Assembly: GCA_029246985.1 (NCBI GenBank)
Contig: JAQWMC010000033.1
Span: 4,794 to 68,793 of the forward strand
From: Pirellulales bacterium
GTDB taxonomy: Bacteria > Planctomycetota > Planctomycetia > Pirellulales > UBA1268
Direction of reading: 5' to 3'
Length of the DNA: 64,000 bases
Below are positions 29,888 to 39,143 of the stretch, piece by piece (the first letter of the stretch is position 1; every line of letters begins with the position of its first letter). A model generated the notes under the pieces. It made no database searches. It had not been told where the DNA came from and saw only the letters and a list, made by a program, of their open reading frames with translations. A program made the position numbers and the translations under genes.

Positions 29888-30460
29888 ATGCCTGATCTAC
29901 CAACCAGACAAAGTAAGTCACGGGTCCCAATTCATCTGGAAGTTGGGCGAATACGCGTTGAGTTCTTGTGGAGCAACGATCGGTGGCGCCATCTTTTTCG
30001 CATAGATCAGGAGGACTGCCTGCAATCGGTCGAAGGAGACCAAATCCCAACAGTCAACGACATTCTGCCCATCCCTACGGGCATCTCGGAGAGGTGGCCA
30101 GCCTCACCCGTTATCACAGAGGTCACGCCAACCGAAGCAATGGGACATGGAGCCCTCGTCGCAGTCGGGCTGGCTGGACGTTCACATTTTTCAGCCAGTT
30201 TGACAGCCTCTAAAGCCAAAAAAGATACCATTCTTGTGGAGGTGGCCTGCAGGGTCTTCGAGGCACCAGAATGGCTTGGTTCTACCTATTCCTGTGATGG
30301 ACAAGAATCTCCAGACGATCTCATTACAATCAAGCCTGGGCCACTTGAACCATTTGATCGGCCTTTGACCGTTCTTTGGTCGTATTGTGTTTCAGTGGGC
30401 GGTATTGAGGCGGTTCACCCTGCATCTTGCGGCAGACTGCTCTTTCCGTCAAATTGTTGA
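29888..30460 (+). CDS. hypothetical protein
   Basis: 190-aa ORF, divergent from the kinase gene with a 91-nt spacer. No recognisable motif. Called on length and coding-like composition only. Confidence 0.45.
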   Translation: MPDLPTRQSKSRVPIHLEVGRIRVEFLWSNDRWRHLFRIDQEDCLQSVEGDQIPTVNDILPIPTGISERWPASPVITEVTPTEAMGHGALVAVGLAGRSHFSASLTASKAKKDTILVEVACRVFEAPEWLGSTYSCDGQESPDDLITIKPGPLEPFDRPLTVLWSYCVSVGGIEAVHPASCGRLLFPSNC

Positions 30461-30523
30461 AGGGAAAGCGGTCATCTGGCGGTCGCCCCGTAGTAACGTC
30501 GAAAGAGTTGATGGAAGGTTCTG

Positions 30524-31120
30524 ATGTTTGATGTTATCGAACGGCTCAAAGCCGAATGGACTGACAAATATGTGGTAATCGACTCACCAGCACCGGAACT
30601 CAGTCGGTTCGCAAAAACCACCGGCACTGTGCGGGCTGTCAATATGAATGGTCGATGCCTCGTAGAGTTTGATCAGTTCAACAACATTGCCTGGTACGAC
30701 ATTGATCCTTCGCATCTCAAGGTCGTGACAGAACCACTGCCAAAGCCAGAAAAACAGGCGAAGGCCAAAGCAGCCCCTGCGACCAAAACCTCATCTTCAA
30801 AAGCATCTTCGCCACAGAAAAAATCAACTGCTGACATTCTTGCTGCGGCGCGAGGTAGCGGTTCAAAGCCGGCCGCAAAGCCAGCTGGCAAACTTTCTAC
30901 TGCTGATATCTTAGCGAAGGCTCGAGGGGCTAAAACGCCCCCCTCTCCTGCGGCTGCCGATTCAACGCCCGATGAATCGGCATTACCTGAAGAAACAATA
31001 ACCTCGGATGAATCGCCTGAGCAGGATGAAACACCTCAAGTCAAAAAGTCTCCAGCGGGTGATCTGCCAACAACAACGGCAGAAAAAGTTGCCTGGTGCA
31101 GGCAACACGATGCACAGTAA
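30524..31120 (+). CDS. hypothetical protein: a compact N-terminal domain plus an Ala/Lys/Pro/Ser-rich tail with a repeated STADILAxARG motif
   Basis: 198 aa. The motif STADILAAARG is at nt 30824-30856 and STADILAKARG at nt 30896-30928. A related TTAEKVAWCRQHD sits at the C-terminus. Confidence 0.5.
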   Translation: MFDVIERLKAEWTDKYVVIDSPAPELSRFAKTTGTVRAVNMNGRCLVEFDQFNNIAWYDIDPSHLKVVTEPLPKPEKQAKAKAAPATKTSSSKASSPQKKSTADILAAARGSGSKPAAKPAGKLSTADILAKARGAKTPPSPAAADSTPDESALPEETITSDESPEQDETPQVKKSPAGDLPTTTAEKVAWCRQHDAQ

Positions 31121-31174
31121 CTCAATCACAACAGCAACCGTCTGGCAATAAAAACTGCTCAAGGAGGAACAAAC

Positions 31175-31666
31175 ATGCTTCCACGTCAGATATACAAAAA
31201 ATTATTTGCCCCAGTTCTTTTTCTTTGCATACCTTTTGTTCTTTCCGGCTGCGGACGCATTGCAAATCATCCGCTGGTAAATATGGCAAAAGAAGAAGTT
31301 GCGATAAATAATCGATCTCAGACATTCTTGGGTGAACCAATCACCTGGAAAGGAACGGTTACTGGCCGAGCCAATGAAGTCGATGGGATTGCCGCCATGC
31401 AAATTCCCGTTGTTGGCCCAAAAGCAGCGGCAACAGTCATCGTTGAAGGAAAGAAGTTCGGTGATGAGTGGGGCGTGACGCTTCTGGAAATTCGCCCGAA
31501 GAATGGGGATGAGAAACTCTCACTGACTGCCGATCTTGCTACACGAAGCGGAGTTGAGACACCGAAATTTGATCCGAATGCGACCCAACCAACTTCTCCT
31601 AAAACTGCTCCGCCTCCAGCCGAAATAACAATTGAACTGCCACCCGGACTACCCGGGCAAGAGTAA
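31175..31666 (+). CDS. lipoprotein of unknown function
   Basis: 163 aa with a clear lipobox (FVLSGCG), a globular middle and a Pro-rich tail. The middle part vaguely recalls Coa1/Tim21-like bacterial domains; this is low certainty. Confidence 0.5.
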   Translation: MLPRQIYKKLFAPVLFLCIPFVLSGCGRIANHPLVNMAKEEVAINNRSQTFLGEPITWKGTVTGRANEVDGIAAMQIPVVGPKAAATVIVEGKKFGDEWGVTLLEIRPKNGDEKLSLTADLATRSGVETPKFDPNATQPTSPKTAPPPAEITIELPPGLPGQE

Positions 31667-31674
31667 GTGCTTTT

Positions 31675-32346
31675 TCACGTCATCTCGCGAAGGCGGGCAA
31701 GTTCTTCTTCACGGCCAATGACGAGTAAGATCTGATCCTGAATGAGTTTTGTCCGCCCTTCAGGAAACATTTGAAAGCGTCCTTGCATCACATCCCGTAA
31801 CCCCAATACGAAGACGCCGACTGAATTACGAAGGTCTGCCTCAGCGAGTGTCTTCCCTTCGAGTGATTCCGGTACAGTGATTTCGACTACACTGTACTCA
31901 GGATCAATTGGTAAGAAATCAAGTACGTTTGGCCAACTTGACTTGTCAGCGAGTTCTTTCGCAACCTCCTCTTCTGGAAACACCACTCGATTTGCACCGA
32001 GGTGCGACAAAATCTTCCCGTGTTCTTTTGTCACACCCTTCACAACTACATCTCGAGCACCAAGTTCTTTGACGTGCAACGTGGCCAGAAGTGATCGAGA
32101 GATTGTTTCGCCAAGCGATATGAAAACTGACGTCGAATCTTTAATCGGCAAATTTTCGAGCAACTCTCGATCAGTTGCATCACCGATAATTGCCTCCTGA
32201 ATTACATTCTTGACAGCATCCAATCGGTCACGCCGCTGATCCACGCCGGTCACCCGACAGCCGTTTGCTGCGAGTTGAGTCGCGAGTGCAGAGCCGAAAG
32301 AACCCATTCCAAGCATGATAAAACGTTTGCTACTGGTTGAAGGCAT
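31675..32346 (-). CDS. trkA: TrkA/KtrA-family potassium-uptake regulatory subunit (RCK)
   Basis: 223 aa with the TrkA-N Rossmann motif (IMLGMGSFGSALA) followed by a TrkA-C domain. It lies 6 nt downstream of the transporter subunit gene. Confidence 0.85.
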   Translation of the reverse strand: MPSTSSKRFIMLGMGSFGSALATQLAANGCRVTGVDQRRDRLDAVKNVIQEAIIGDATDRELLENLPIKDSTSVFISLGETISRSLLATLHVKELGARDVVVKGVTKEHGKILSHLGANRVVFPEEEVAKELADKSSWPNVLDFLPIDPEYSVVEITVPESLEGKTLAEADLRNSVGVFVLGLRDVMQGRFQMFPEGRTKLIQDQILLVIGREEELARLREMT

Positions 32347-32352
32347 CGCACG

Positions 32353-33723
32353 TTAGCCGACAAGCGGCTCCTCCTCAGGGTAGTTGGGCTGGTACGCAGG
32401 CCGCTGCCGAGACAACGCTACTGCGACAGTAATGGGACCAAGACGGCCCAGAAGCATCAAGACAGCCAAAATGAACTTTCCAGGAATTGTGAGCGACGCA
32501 GTAATGCCAGTCGACAGCCCGACTGTCCCCAGTGCTGAAATGCATTCAAAAGAAGCATCGAGAAACCAGCGTGGTCGCTCAGCTGCCTTTCCTCCACTTT
32601 CGACACCCAGGAGTGCTACGAGTGCAACAAATGCAATTGCCACGAAAACTAATGCTGTAGCGGTTGCTCGTTCCACTGCACGCTCTGGAATAGTTCGTTT
32701 TGCAAAATTAGCGCGTTCCTGTCCACGAAAGCTCGCTCCAGCTCGAGTAAGTAGTGTCATGAAAGTACTGACTTTAAATCCACCGCCTGTAGAACCTGGG
32801 CCTGCGCCTATCGCCATGAGAAGTATCGTGAGAAAGAGTGTCGCACTCGATAGACTTCCATACTCGACTGTATGAAAACCCGCGGTACGGCATGTCGTCG
32901 TATGAAACAGGCCTAACAAAATACGGTTTGACAACGGCTGGCCTGCCAAAACACCATCTGACTCGAACACCCAGAAACTTACAGCGCCAAAAGCGAGCAG
33001 AGCAGCTGTTCCTAATAACATCAACTTCGAATGCATATGGAGTCTATCCCAGAGGGATTGACGATTCCAAAGACGTGACGTGATGTCAAAAAGTACAGGA
33101 AAACCAAGTCCTCCGATAATAACGAGGCCACAAATAATCAGGTTCACGGGAATATCACTGTTGTAGGCCACGAGACTATCGTCTCCCAAAGAAAACCCCG
33201 CATTGCAAAACGCAGATACAGAATGAAAAGCCGCTCTCCAAATGACCTCGAGAGGCTCACGACTGCCCCACGTCGCAGCGGTCAATAACAAAAAGCCAAT
33301 TAATTCTGCTGAAAGAACAACTACGAAAACCATCAAAGCCAACTGGCGAAGACCTCGTGCGGATTTAATTCCGAGTGTTTCGGCGATCACCGCCCGCTGC
33401 CTGACCGTTGCTTCTCCACCGATTTGAAAGATAAGCAGCGTTGTGATCGTCATAATTCCGAGACCGCCAAGCTGAATGAGAACCAGAATGACCCCCTGTC
33501 CGAAGGGTGAAAAATCTTCAACGGTGGATCGCACTGTCAGGCCTGTTACGCAGCAGGCACTGGTTGCAGTGAATGCGGCGTCAACAAGGGTTAACGGTGG
33601 CTTCGCTGGCGCACGTGCTGCCGGAAGAGCCAGCAAGCCGGTCCCAATTGCAATTGCTCCCAGGTACGTAAAAAACGACCAGCGAGCGGAATAACTGGCG
33701 AGAGATCCTGTGAATTCAGCCAT
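32353..33723 (-). CDS. trkH: TrkH/KtrB-family potassium transporter
   Basis: 456 aa, polytopic. Repeated pore-loop-like segments are present (..TSACCVTGL.., ..SAFCNAGFS.., ..TTCRTAGF.., ..ISALGTVGLS..). Confidence 0.85.
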   Translation of the reverse strand: MAEFTGSLASYSARWSFFTYLGAIAIGTGLLALPAARAPAKPPLTLVDAAFTATSACCVTGLTVRSTVEDFSPFGQGVILVLIQLGGLGIMTITTLLIFQIGGEATVRQRAVIAETLGIKSARGLRQLALMVFVVVLSAELIGFLLLTAATWGSREPLEVIWRAAFHSVSAFCNAGFSLGDDSLVAYNSDIPVNLIICGLVIIGGLGFPVLFDITSRLWNRQSLWDRLHMHSKLMLLGTAALLAFGAVSFWVFESDGVLAGQPLSNRILLGLFHTTTCRTAGFHTVEYGSLSSATLFLTILLMAIGAGPGSTGGGFKVSTFMTLLTRAGASFRGQERANFAKRTIPERAVERATATALVFVAIAFVALVALLGVESGGKAAERPRWFLDASFECISALGTVGLSTGITASLTIPGKFILAVLMLLGRLGPITVAVALSRQRPAYQPNYPEEEPLVG

Positions 33724-34121
33724 CTGATGCGGCGACTTGGGGTTGTAAACCCTGATCCACCACCCAAAACTCGTCCCAAAGCGTACGACGACGATCGCGT
33801 ACTGACCTCGGAACCCGATTCAACATGATACTTTCCAGACCTCGAGTCAGGCAAACCGTCATGCCGAGAGCCCCGCACGAACGAAAAAATCAAAACCTTT
33901 TCCCAAATGTTTGACTCTGGCTGTAAGACGTACATAATGCAGAGGTTCACCTCGGTACTTGCAACCTGCCACGGCATTCATGCCGTCCCCGCCGCAGCGT
34001 TCGGGAGCCTTCAGGCTGCCGCGTAAACAACCGTTTGAGCACAAAAGTTTGAGGTTCGGGTTTGCCCGTTTCTCTGTAGTCTGATCACAATGGTTTTATC
34101 TGTAAGGAGTGGTTTGTTTCC

Positions 34122-34343
34122 ATGGCCAGAATTCGAAATGTATTCGAGATTATCGAACTGTACGGGCACGATGAAAACTTTGTTCCTCACGTCAGTGAAG
34201 AATTTACACCGACGACGGCACCTGCTGGTTCTCGTCAGAAAATAGATGTTCTTGCTGAAAGAATTCAGCGTGGCATGCCCCTTTGGCATCCCGAAGATTC
34301 AACTGATTCAACTGATCTTGTCACGGCTGGTAATACTGCCTGA
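34122..34343 (+). CDS. small hypothetical protein
   Basis: 73-aa ORF with AAGGAG 12 nt upstream of the ATG and a strong hairpin terminator after the stop. No recognised family. Confidence 0.4.
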   Translation: MARIRNVFEIIELYGHDENFVPHVSEEFTPTTAPAGSRQKIDVLAERIQRGMPLWHPEDSTDSTDLVTAGNTA

Positions 34344-34371
34344 GTTTGAATCAAAAAATTATCTAACGGTC

Positions 34372-34415
34372 AAAATAAGCCAGTCTCTTCAAGTTGAAGA
34401 ACTGGCTTATTTTTG
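34372..34415. terminator. bidirectional intrinsic terminator between convergent genes (small ORF and smpB)
   Basis: Hairpin AAGCCAGT-C-TCTTCAA-G-TTGAAGA-ACTGGCTT (34377-34408). It is followed by ATTTTTG on the + strand and preceded by the complement of a T-rich run for the - strand. Confidence 0.7.
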
Positions 34416-34440
34416 TACCCGAGAAAATAATTCAAGGCGA

Positions 34441-34962
34441 TCAATGACTTCCACGACCTCGGAGAGCAACTGCAATATCTCGTTTCGCTGTCTGTTCCTT
34501 AAGTTTCTGTCGCTTGTCATGAACCTTTCGACCTCGACCAATTCCGAGAAGAACTTTCACTCGCCCTTCTTTGAAGTACGCCTTCAAAGGAACTAGTGTC
34601 AGGCTTTTCTCGTAGGCGAGACTTGCAAATCGGATAATTTCTCGGCGATGGAGCAAGAGTTTGCGAGGTCGTTTGGGCTGATGATTCAGCTGGTTTGCCT
34701 TCACGTACTCCGGAATATCACATCCAATAAGCCAGACTTCGTTCTCTTTGACTCTGCCATATGCCTCGTCCAGTGATATTTTTCCAGATCGGAGACTTTT
34801 CACTTCGCTTCCAACAAGGGCAATACCGCATTCGAGGGTGTCAAGAATTTCGTAGTGATGCCTGGCTTTCCTATTTTCTGCGACGACACGTTCAGCAGGA
34901 TTATCCTTAGCAGATGCACCTTTTCTCGATTTTCCGCTGTTTGTCGGTTTTGGTGTCACCAT
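34441..34962 (-). CDS. smpB: SsrA-binding protein
   Basis: 173 aa. SmpB signature: ..NRKARHHYEI....GIALVGSEVKSLR.G..SL.EAY.. plus the basic C-terminal tail. Confidence 0.9.
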   Translation of the reverse strand: MVTPKPTNSGKSRKGASAKDNPAERVVAENRKARHHYEILDTLECGIALVGSEVKSLRSGKISLDEAYGRVKENEVWLIGCDIPEYVKANQLNHQPKRPRKLLLHRREIIRFASLAYEKSLTLVPLKAYFKEGRVKVLLGIGRGRKVHDKRQKLKEQTAKRDIAVALRGRGSH

Positions 34963-35102
34963 CTGGTTTGTCCGAGAAAAATTGAGTTGATGTAAGACAA
35001 CCCTCGTTCATGCGATCTTTCTTCCATGAAGGTACACTACGAATCGGTTCATCAGACAGAATTACCTTATTTTGTCATCATTTGAGCAAAACAGGATACG
35101 AC

Positions 35103-37475
35103 ATGATTCATTCTTTTTTTCCAAGTAGAGCTCCGGCATATCAAGCCTTCAGACTTTTTGCTGCCAGTCTCATTTCAATAGTCTCTCTAAATGGCATCTC
35201 TGCTGCAGATTGGACTGACTGGCGAGGCCCTCAGCAGAACCGTCACACAACTGAAAAACAACTCGTCACATCATTTGATCCTGATTCAGGTGAAAACATT
35301 CTTTGGAGTCATGACGGAGCCGGTGGAATTTCAACACCTGTCATCATGAATGGGCGTCTTTATACACTCGTTCGTCATGAACCTGGCACTTCAGAGGAGG
35401 CTGAAAAAGTTATTTGCATTGATGCAAAGACGGGAGAAACGCTCTGGGAGAATATCTTCAATGTGTATCTTTCTGATGTGCCTGCAGAACGAGTTGGGTG
35501 GTCATGTGTGATCGCTGACCCAAACACAAATCAAGTGTTTGCTCACGGAGTATGTGGGGTATTCACTGCTATGGATGCGGTCTCGGGGGAGACCAACTGG
35601 CAGCGATCCTTGCATGAAGAATTTGGTTTTCTTTCGACGTATGGCGGCCGAACGAACAGGCCACTTGTTTTTGAGGATCTCGTAATAGCCAGCGCTGTTG
35701 TAACCGGATGGGGAAGGACAGCAAAACCCGCACATCGTTTTTTGGGTATGGATGTCAACACGGGTGAGGTTCAATGGATGAATGGAACCCGTGAACTTCC
35801 GGCAGACACTACCTATTCAACTCCTATGTTTGCTGCGATTGATGGCGCCGCAGCAATGGTCTTTGGCTCAAGTGATGGAAGTATCTGGAATCTCCAGCCA
35901 AGAACTGGAAGGCCAATCTGGAACTTCCGCTTTTCACGTCGTGGCCTGAACGTAGCCCCACTTGTTACAAAAGAAGGCATTTATGTCTCGCAGGCTGAAG
36001 AAAACCTTGATAGCACATCAATGGGTGCTGTTGCGAAACTCAAACTCACCGGTGACGGAGACGTAACCGAAACAAATCTTCTTTGGCAACATAAAGCCGT
36101 GACAGCCGGGAAATCGATGCCGGTCGTCGTCGAAAATCGAGTCTACTTCGTCGAAGATGGCGCTAAAGTTCATGTTTTTGATCGGACCACTGGCGAACCA
36201 ATCGGACGGCCTACGCGACTTTTGGGCACAATTGTTCGGGCTAGTCCACTTGTTTCAAACGGCCTGCTTTATGTGTGTTCCACAAGTGGTTGGCATGTCC
36301 TGAAGCCAACAGATAGTGGACTGTCATTCGTCCATCGCATGAGACTTGCAGAAGAAGATGAAGTAACCGCTTCACCAATCGCTTGGAATGGCAGGCTTTA
36401 TCTGACAACGGGTGAACGGCTATATTGCTTAGGTAATGCAGAAACTCTTGCTGCTTCGTCGGAGGGTCGTGTTGATTCGCTTGGTGTCTCTCGTTCAGAA
36501 CGCATATCAAACATCACTAAGACGCCGGCCGGTCCACCCGCATGGGTTCAAATTGTGCCAGCTGAGTCGTTAATTGGTGCTGGAGAGTCAGTTGACCTAA
36601 GAGTTTATTTATTCGACGCAAAGGGTCGCTTTATTAAAGAGACACCAGCAACTTTTGATTCTGATTCAGGAACTATCACCAAAACAGGCCGGTATACAGC
36701 TCCAGAAAATGCACATGCAGGCGCGACCGTCACAGCCAGTATTGGTGAGTTGTCTGGCACAGCACGCATTCGTTCAATGCCACCTCTACCATGGAAATTC
36801 ACTTTCGATGACATTGATCTAGAGCCGGACCCAAAGGGTGGGTTTCCAAAAGGCGCACCTCCACTTCCGTGGGTTGGCATGCGATATCGAAATGTTGTTC
36901 GAGAAGTCGATGGCTCAAAATCTATGGTAAAGATTACAACTATTCCAAAGGGAACTCGAAGCCAAGGATGGATTGGACCGACTAATCTCAATAATTATTC
37001 TATCGCGGCTGACCTTCGTGCAGGAGAAACTGGAACACCAAATGCTCCTCTGAATAGTAACGGAACAAATCAGTCTCAAGGATTGACACAAGCAACTGGC
37101 AGCACTGATCTTCAAACATCTCGATTACCCGACATGGGGTTAATTGCTCAACGTTATACGCTTGATTTGATGGGGGCGAGCCAGCAACTTCAGGTCCGCA
37201 GTTGGCCTCCACAAGTCGCCACACACTTTTCAAAGACGGTGCCTTTTCAGTGGAAGGCTGGGACCTGGTACCGAGTCGTCTTTAAGACCACAACACAAGG
37301 AAATGATGCCGTTCTGCGGGGCAAGGTATGGCCCCGAGGCATGCCAGAACCCGACGCCTGGACCGTTCAGGCGGTCCACAAAGATGGTAACCTGCGAGGC
37401 AGTCCGGGGTTCTTTGGAAACTCAAAAATGTCCGAGATTTATGTTGACAACGTCATGGTGGAGGCCGCTCAGTGA
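35103..37475 (+). CDS. secreted PQQ-like (BamB-type) beta-propeller protein with a C-terminal Ig-like and concanavalin/LamG-like extension
   Basis: The start at 35103 gives a signal peptide (..LISIVSLNGISA) followed by ADWTDWRGP. Propeller blades are repeated. The C-terminal roughly 300 aa end in ..GTWYRVVFKT..GKVWPRG..GSPGFFGN..IYVDNVMV. Confidence 0.75.
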   Translation: MIHSFFPSRAPAYQAFRLFAASLISIVSLNGISAADWTDWRGPQQNRHTTEKQLVTSFDPDSGENILWSHDGAGGISTPVIMNGRLYTLVRHEPGTSEEAEKVICIDAKTGETLWENIFNVYLSDVPAERVGWSCVIADPNTNQVFAHGVCGVFTAMDAVSGETNWQRSLHEEFGFLSTYGGRTNRPLVFEDLVIASAVVTGWGRTAKPAHRFLGMDVNTGEVQWMNGTRELPADTTYSTPMFAAIDGAAAMVFGSSDGSIWNLQPRTGRPIWNFRFSRRGLNVAPLVTKEGIYVSQAEENLDSTSMGAVAKLKLTGDGDVTETNLLWQHKAVTAGKSMPVVVENRVYFVEDGAKVHVFDRTTGEPIGRPTRLLGTIVRASPLVSNGLLYVCSTSGWHVLKPTDSGLSFVHRMRLAEEDEVTASPIAWNGRLYLTTGERLYCLGNAETLAASSEGRVDSLGVSRSERISNITKTPAGPPAWVQIVPAESLIGAGESVDLRVYLFDAKGRFIKETPATFDSDSGTITKTGRYTAPENAHAGATVTASIGELSGTARIRSMPPLPWKFTFDDIDLEPDPKGGFPKGAPPLPWVGMRYRNVVREVDGSKSMVKITTIPKGTRSQGWIGPTNLNNYSIAADLRAGETGTPNAPLNSNGTNQSQGLTQATGSTDLQTSRLPDMGLIAQRYTLDLMGASQQLQVRSWPPQVATHFSKTVPFQWKAGTWYRVVFKTTTQGNDAVLRGKVWPRGMPEPDAWTVQAVHKDGNLRGSPGFFGNSKMSEIYVDNVMVEAAQ

Positions 37476-39130
37476 GATATTTGAATATCACCGTTTTTGT
37501 AGTAGCGATACTTGTAAGTTCTTCAGCCCATCTGGCTTCGGCCGATGATTGGAACCAATGGGGCGGCTCACCTCATCGGAATAATGTATCCGAAGCTACT
37601 GGAGTACCGACCGAGTGGGAACCTGGTGAGTTTGACTATGAAACGGGAAAGTGGAAAGCAGATACGAGTCAAAACATTGCATGGGTAGCCGCACTCGGAA
37701 GCCAGAGTTATGGCAATCCAGTTATCTCGGGCGGAAAAGTTTTTGTAGGCACCAACAACGGTAATGGATGGATCGAGCGATATCCGGCAAAAGTAGACCT
37801 TGGGTGTCTCATTGCTTTTGATGTTACGGATGGGGCGTTCCTCTGGCAGGATTCAAGTGAAAAACTTCCAACGGGCCGAGTACATGACTGGCCCCTTCAA
37901 GGAATTTGTTGTGCGCCTTTGGTTGAAGGTGACCGACTCTGGTATGTGAGCAGCCGCGGCGAGGTCAAATGCCTCGACACCGAGGGCTTCCGAGACGGAG
38001 AAAATGATGGCCCGTTCACTGAAGAGAGTACAGAAGCTGAAACTGAAGCCGATGTCGTGTGGGTATTGAACATGATGACCGCCCTAGGCGTATCGCAACA
38101 CAATATGTGTTCCTGCAGTGTCACAGCAGCAGGTGACCTTCTTTTTGTAAATACCAGCAATGGGGTCGATGAGGGTCATATAAATTTACCGAATCCAAAC
38201 GCGCCAAGCTTTATCTGTGTTGATAAAAGAGATGGAAACGTTTTATGGACAGACGCCTCACCGGGCCCAAATGTCCTTCATGGGCAATGGTCGAGCCCTG
38301 GATATGCTGAAGTTGATGGCGTCCCACAGGTCTTTTTTGGCGGTGGTGACGGTTGGGTCTACAGCTTTGATGCACGCGGAGACGGAAAAGGTGGCCCAAA
38401 ACTCCTTTGGCAATTTGATTGCAACCCAAAGGAGTCCAAATATTCACTCGGTGGACGTGCAGACAGAAATCATATCATCGGCACACCTGTATTTCACGAG
38501 GGCCTTGTTTACATAGCGGTTGGTGAAGACCCTGAACATGGTGAAGGCGTTGGTCATCTTTGGTGTATCGACCCAACAAAACGAGGTGACACGAGCCCTG
38601 AAATTGCAATCAGCCTTGAGGACCCCGATACTCCGCTGCCCCATCGTCGCTTGCAGGCAATTAACAAGGAAAAAGGAGAAGTCGCACGCCCCAACTCAAA
38701 CTCTGCAGCCGTCTGGCATTACCCAGGGTTTGATGCCGATGGAAATGGCAAGCTTAGTTTTGAAGAAACAATGCACAGAACCTGCGGAACGGTTGCAATC
38801 AAAGATGGCTTACTTTTTATTGCGGACTTTAGTGGACTTTTTCATTGCCTTGATGTCTCAACTGGAAAACCATATTGGACATACGACATGCTGGCAGCGA
38901 GTTGGGGATCTCCTCTCATTGTTGATGGCAAGGTCTACATTGGTGATGAAGACGGCGACGTTTGCATTTTTAAACTGTCGAAGGAAATGGACCTTGTTGC
39001 AGAGATTAACATGGGCAACAGCGTGTATACGACGCCAATCATAGCGAATGGAACGCTTTACATCGCAAACCGCAGCCATCTTTTCGCAATCAAAGAGGGT
39101 GCTAAGCCAGTCCAGAAAGTAGCTGACTAA
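37472..39130 (+). CDS. secreted PQQ-like beta-propeller repeat protein
   Basis: 552 aa. The GTG start overlaps the previous stop (GTGA). A signal peptide is followed by ADDWNQWGG, then repeated blade motifs (..G.VYIG..DG.V..). Confidence 0.8.
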   Translation: MRYLNITVFVVAILVSSSAHLASADDWNQWGGSPHRNNVSEATGVPTEWEPGEFDYETGKWKADTSQNIAWVAALGSQSYGNPVISGGKVFVGTNNGNGWIERYPAKVDLGCLIAFDVTDGAFLWQDSSEKLPTGRVHDWPLQGICCAPLVEGDRLWYVSSRGEVKCLDTEGFRDGENDGPFTEESTEAETEADVVWVLNMMTALGVSQHNMCSCSVTAAGDLLFVNTSNGVDEGHINLPNPNAPSFICVDKRDGNVLWTDASPGPNVLHGQWSSPGYAEVDGVPQVFFGGGDGWVYSFDARGDGKGGPKLLWQFDCNPKESKYSLGGRADRNHIIGTPVFHEGLVYIAVGEDPEHGEGVGHLWCIDPTKRGDTSPEIAISLEDPDTPLPHRRLQAINKEKGEVARPNSNSAAVWHYPGFDADGNGKLSFEETMHRTCGTVAIKDGLLFIADFSGLFHCLDVSTGKPYWTYDMLAASWGSPLIVDGKVYIGDEDGDVCIFKLSKEMDLVAEINMGNSVYTTPIIANGTLYIANRSHLFAIKEGAKPVQKVAD

Positions 39131-39143
39131 GGCGGAGTCATTT

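Noticed and set aside
33724-34121. A possible c-di-AMP (ydaO-type) riboswitch in the 398-bp region upstream of trkH/ktrB. On the minus strand I saw fragments such as GAGGUGAACC, GCGGGGCUC and GAAUCGGGUUCCGAGGUCAGUACGCG.
   Set aside because: - The fragments only loosely resemble the ydaO conserved strings as I remember them.
- They occur in the wrong order, and I could not assemble the pseudo-symmetric helices.
- The region also has to hold two divergent promoters.
- It is worth a cmscan against RF00379, but it is not supportable by eye.
34344-35102. A tmRNA (ssrA) gene next to smpB.
   Set aside because: - The flanks of smpB are short.
- They show no tRNA-like acceptor or T-arm (no GGTTCGAATCC-type T-loop and no terminal CCA context), and no tag-peptide reading frame.
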